DNA of 13,683 bases from a virus. Its lineage: Duplodnaviria > Heunggongvirae > Uroviricota > Caudoviricetes. The notes under the pieces are model-generated. The model searched no databases and was not told the origin of the DNA. It saw nothing but the letters and a program-made list of their open reading frames with translations. This document shows, one piece after another, positions 12,797 to 13,683 of the stretch (position 1 is the stretch's first letter; every line of letters begins with the position of its first letter). The position numbers and the translations under genes are program-made. Location: the IMG/VR virus record IMGVR_UViG_2879742664_000002. One strand, 5' to 3'.

Positions 12797-13683
12797 TGCC
12801 ACTGCTGGATAAGCTGCGTAAGCTGTACGGGGTCGGACCGGTATGCAGTGAACTACATATTGCCCCGTCAACGTATTACCACTGTCAGCAACAGCGACAT
12901 CATCCTGATAAACGCAGTGCCCGTGCGCAGCGCGATGACTGGCTGAAGAAAGAGATACTGCGCGTATACGATGGGAATCATCAGGTATACGGTGTGCGTA
13001 AAGTCTGGCGTCAGTTGTTACGGGAAGGTATCAGAGTGGCCAGATGCACTGTGGCACGTCTCATGGCGGTTATGGGACTTGCCGGTGTTCTCCGGGGTAA
13101 AAAGGTCCGTACGACCATCAGCCGGAAAGCCGTTGCCGCAGGCGACCGCGTAAACCGTCAGTTCGTGGCAGAACGACCTGACCAGCTGTGGGTGGCTGAT
13201 TTTACTTACGTCAGCACATGGCAGGGCTTCGTCTATGTGGCGTTCATTATTGATGTGTTTGCCGGATACATCGTGGGGTGGCGGGTCTCATCGTCCATGG
13301 AAACGACATTCGTGCTGGATGCTCTGGAGCAGGCGTTATGGGCCCGTCGACCGTCCGGCACGGTCCATCACAGTGATAAAGGTTCTCAGTATGTATCGCT
13401 GGCCTACACACAGCGGCTTAAGGAAGCCGGATTACTGGCATCAACAGGAAGTACAGGCGACTCGTATGACAACGCGATGGCGGAGAGCATCAATGGTCTT
13501 TACAAAGCGGAGGTAATACACCGTAAGAGCTGGAAAAACCGTGCAGAAGTGGAACTGGCCACGCTCACGTGGGTGGACTGGTATAATAATCGACGATTGC
13601 TGGAAAGGCTGGGCCACATCCCTCCGGCAGAAGCAGAAAAAGCTTATTATGCTTCCATCGGAAACGATGATCTGGCAGCCTGA
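12793..13683 (+). CDS. IS629 OrfB (copy 2; expressed as OrfAB by frameshift)
   Basis: 296-aa ORF matching copy 1 at the protein level; stop codon is the last three bases of the window. Confidence 0.9.
   Translation: MMPLLDKLRKLYGVGPVCSELHIAPSTYYHCQQQRHHPDKRSARAQRDDWLKKEILRVYDGNHQVYGVRKVWRQLLREGIRVARCTVARLMAVMGLAGVLRGKKVRTTISRKAVAAGDRVNRQFVAERPDQLWVADFTYVSTWQGFVYVAFIIDVFAGYIVGWRVSSSMETTFVLDALEQALWARRPSGTVHHSDKGSQYVSLAYTQRLKEAGLLASTGSTGDSYDNAMAESINGLYKAEVIHRKSWKNRAEVELATLTWVDWYNNRRLLERLGHIPPAEAEKAYYASIGNDDLAA

Larger units (their letters stand above)
12416..13683 (+). mobile_element. IS629 (IS3 family), second copy, partial in window (left terminus to orfB stop)
   Basis: Same terminus and gene content as copy 1, offset 7124 bp, same orientation. 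At least two single-base differences from copy 1 (5473 t vs 12597 c; 6439 a vs 13563 g). Window ends 42 bp before the expected right terminus. Confidence 0.9.

Noticed and set aside
1-13683. CRISPR array or other short tandem repeat
   Set aside because: No regularly spaced short direct repeats seen; the only long repeat is the pair of IS629 copies (5292-6558 vs 12416-13683).

Overview
The window reads as the left arm of a degraded lambdoid, Stx-phage-like prophage from an Escherichia coli-type host, heavily remodelled by insertion sequences; no CRISPR array or stx genes are present. All identifications come from reading the sequence and ORF translations against remembered families; no database search was run. 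Order along the + strand: (1) a complete tyrosine integrase (minus strand, stop at bases 1-3) with an overlapping excisionase whose 5' end is cut off by IS1; (2) a complete 768-bp IS1 (1312-2079) without a matching target duplication; (3) a beta-class DPPY DNA methyltransferase that has lost its start to IS1 and carries an in-frame TGA, so is scored as a pseudogene; (4) three tRNA genes (anticodons CAT, TCG, TCT) and terminator hairpins; (5) a NanS-p-like SGNH/SASA esterase ORF that ends at an IS66-family left-end fragment, itself cut by a complete IS629 (5292-6601); (6) a start-less 116-codon ORF resuming at the IS629 right end; (7) a lysis cassette (pinholin-like S, SAR endolysin R, Rz with embedded Rz1) carrying extra ORFs between S and R and between R and Rz; (8) an accessory cluster with a small Cys-containing ORF, a lipoprotein with a clear TonB C-terminal domain, and a convergent ribbon-helix-helix protein; (9) an IS66-family right end with a 5'-truncated tnpC on the minus strand, cut by a second IS629 (12416 to window end, partial). 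The most interesting candidates are the TonB-C lipoprotein (possible receptor-blocking exclusion factor), the extra genes inside the lysis cassette, the TGA-interrupted methylase, and the IS1/IS629/IS66 junctions that record large deletions or rearrangements.
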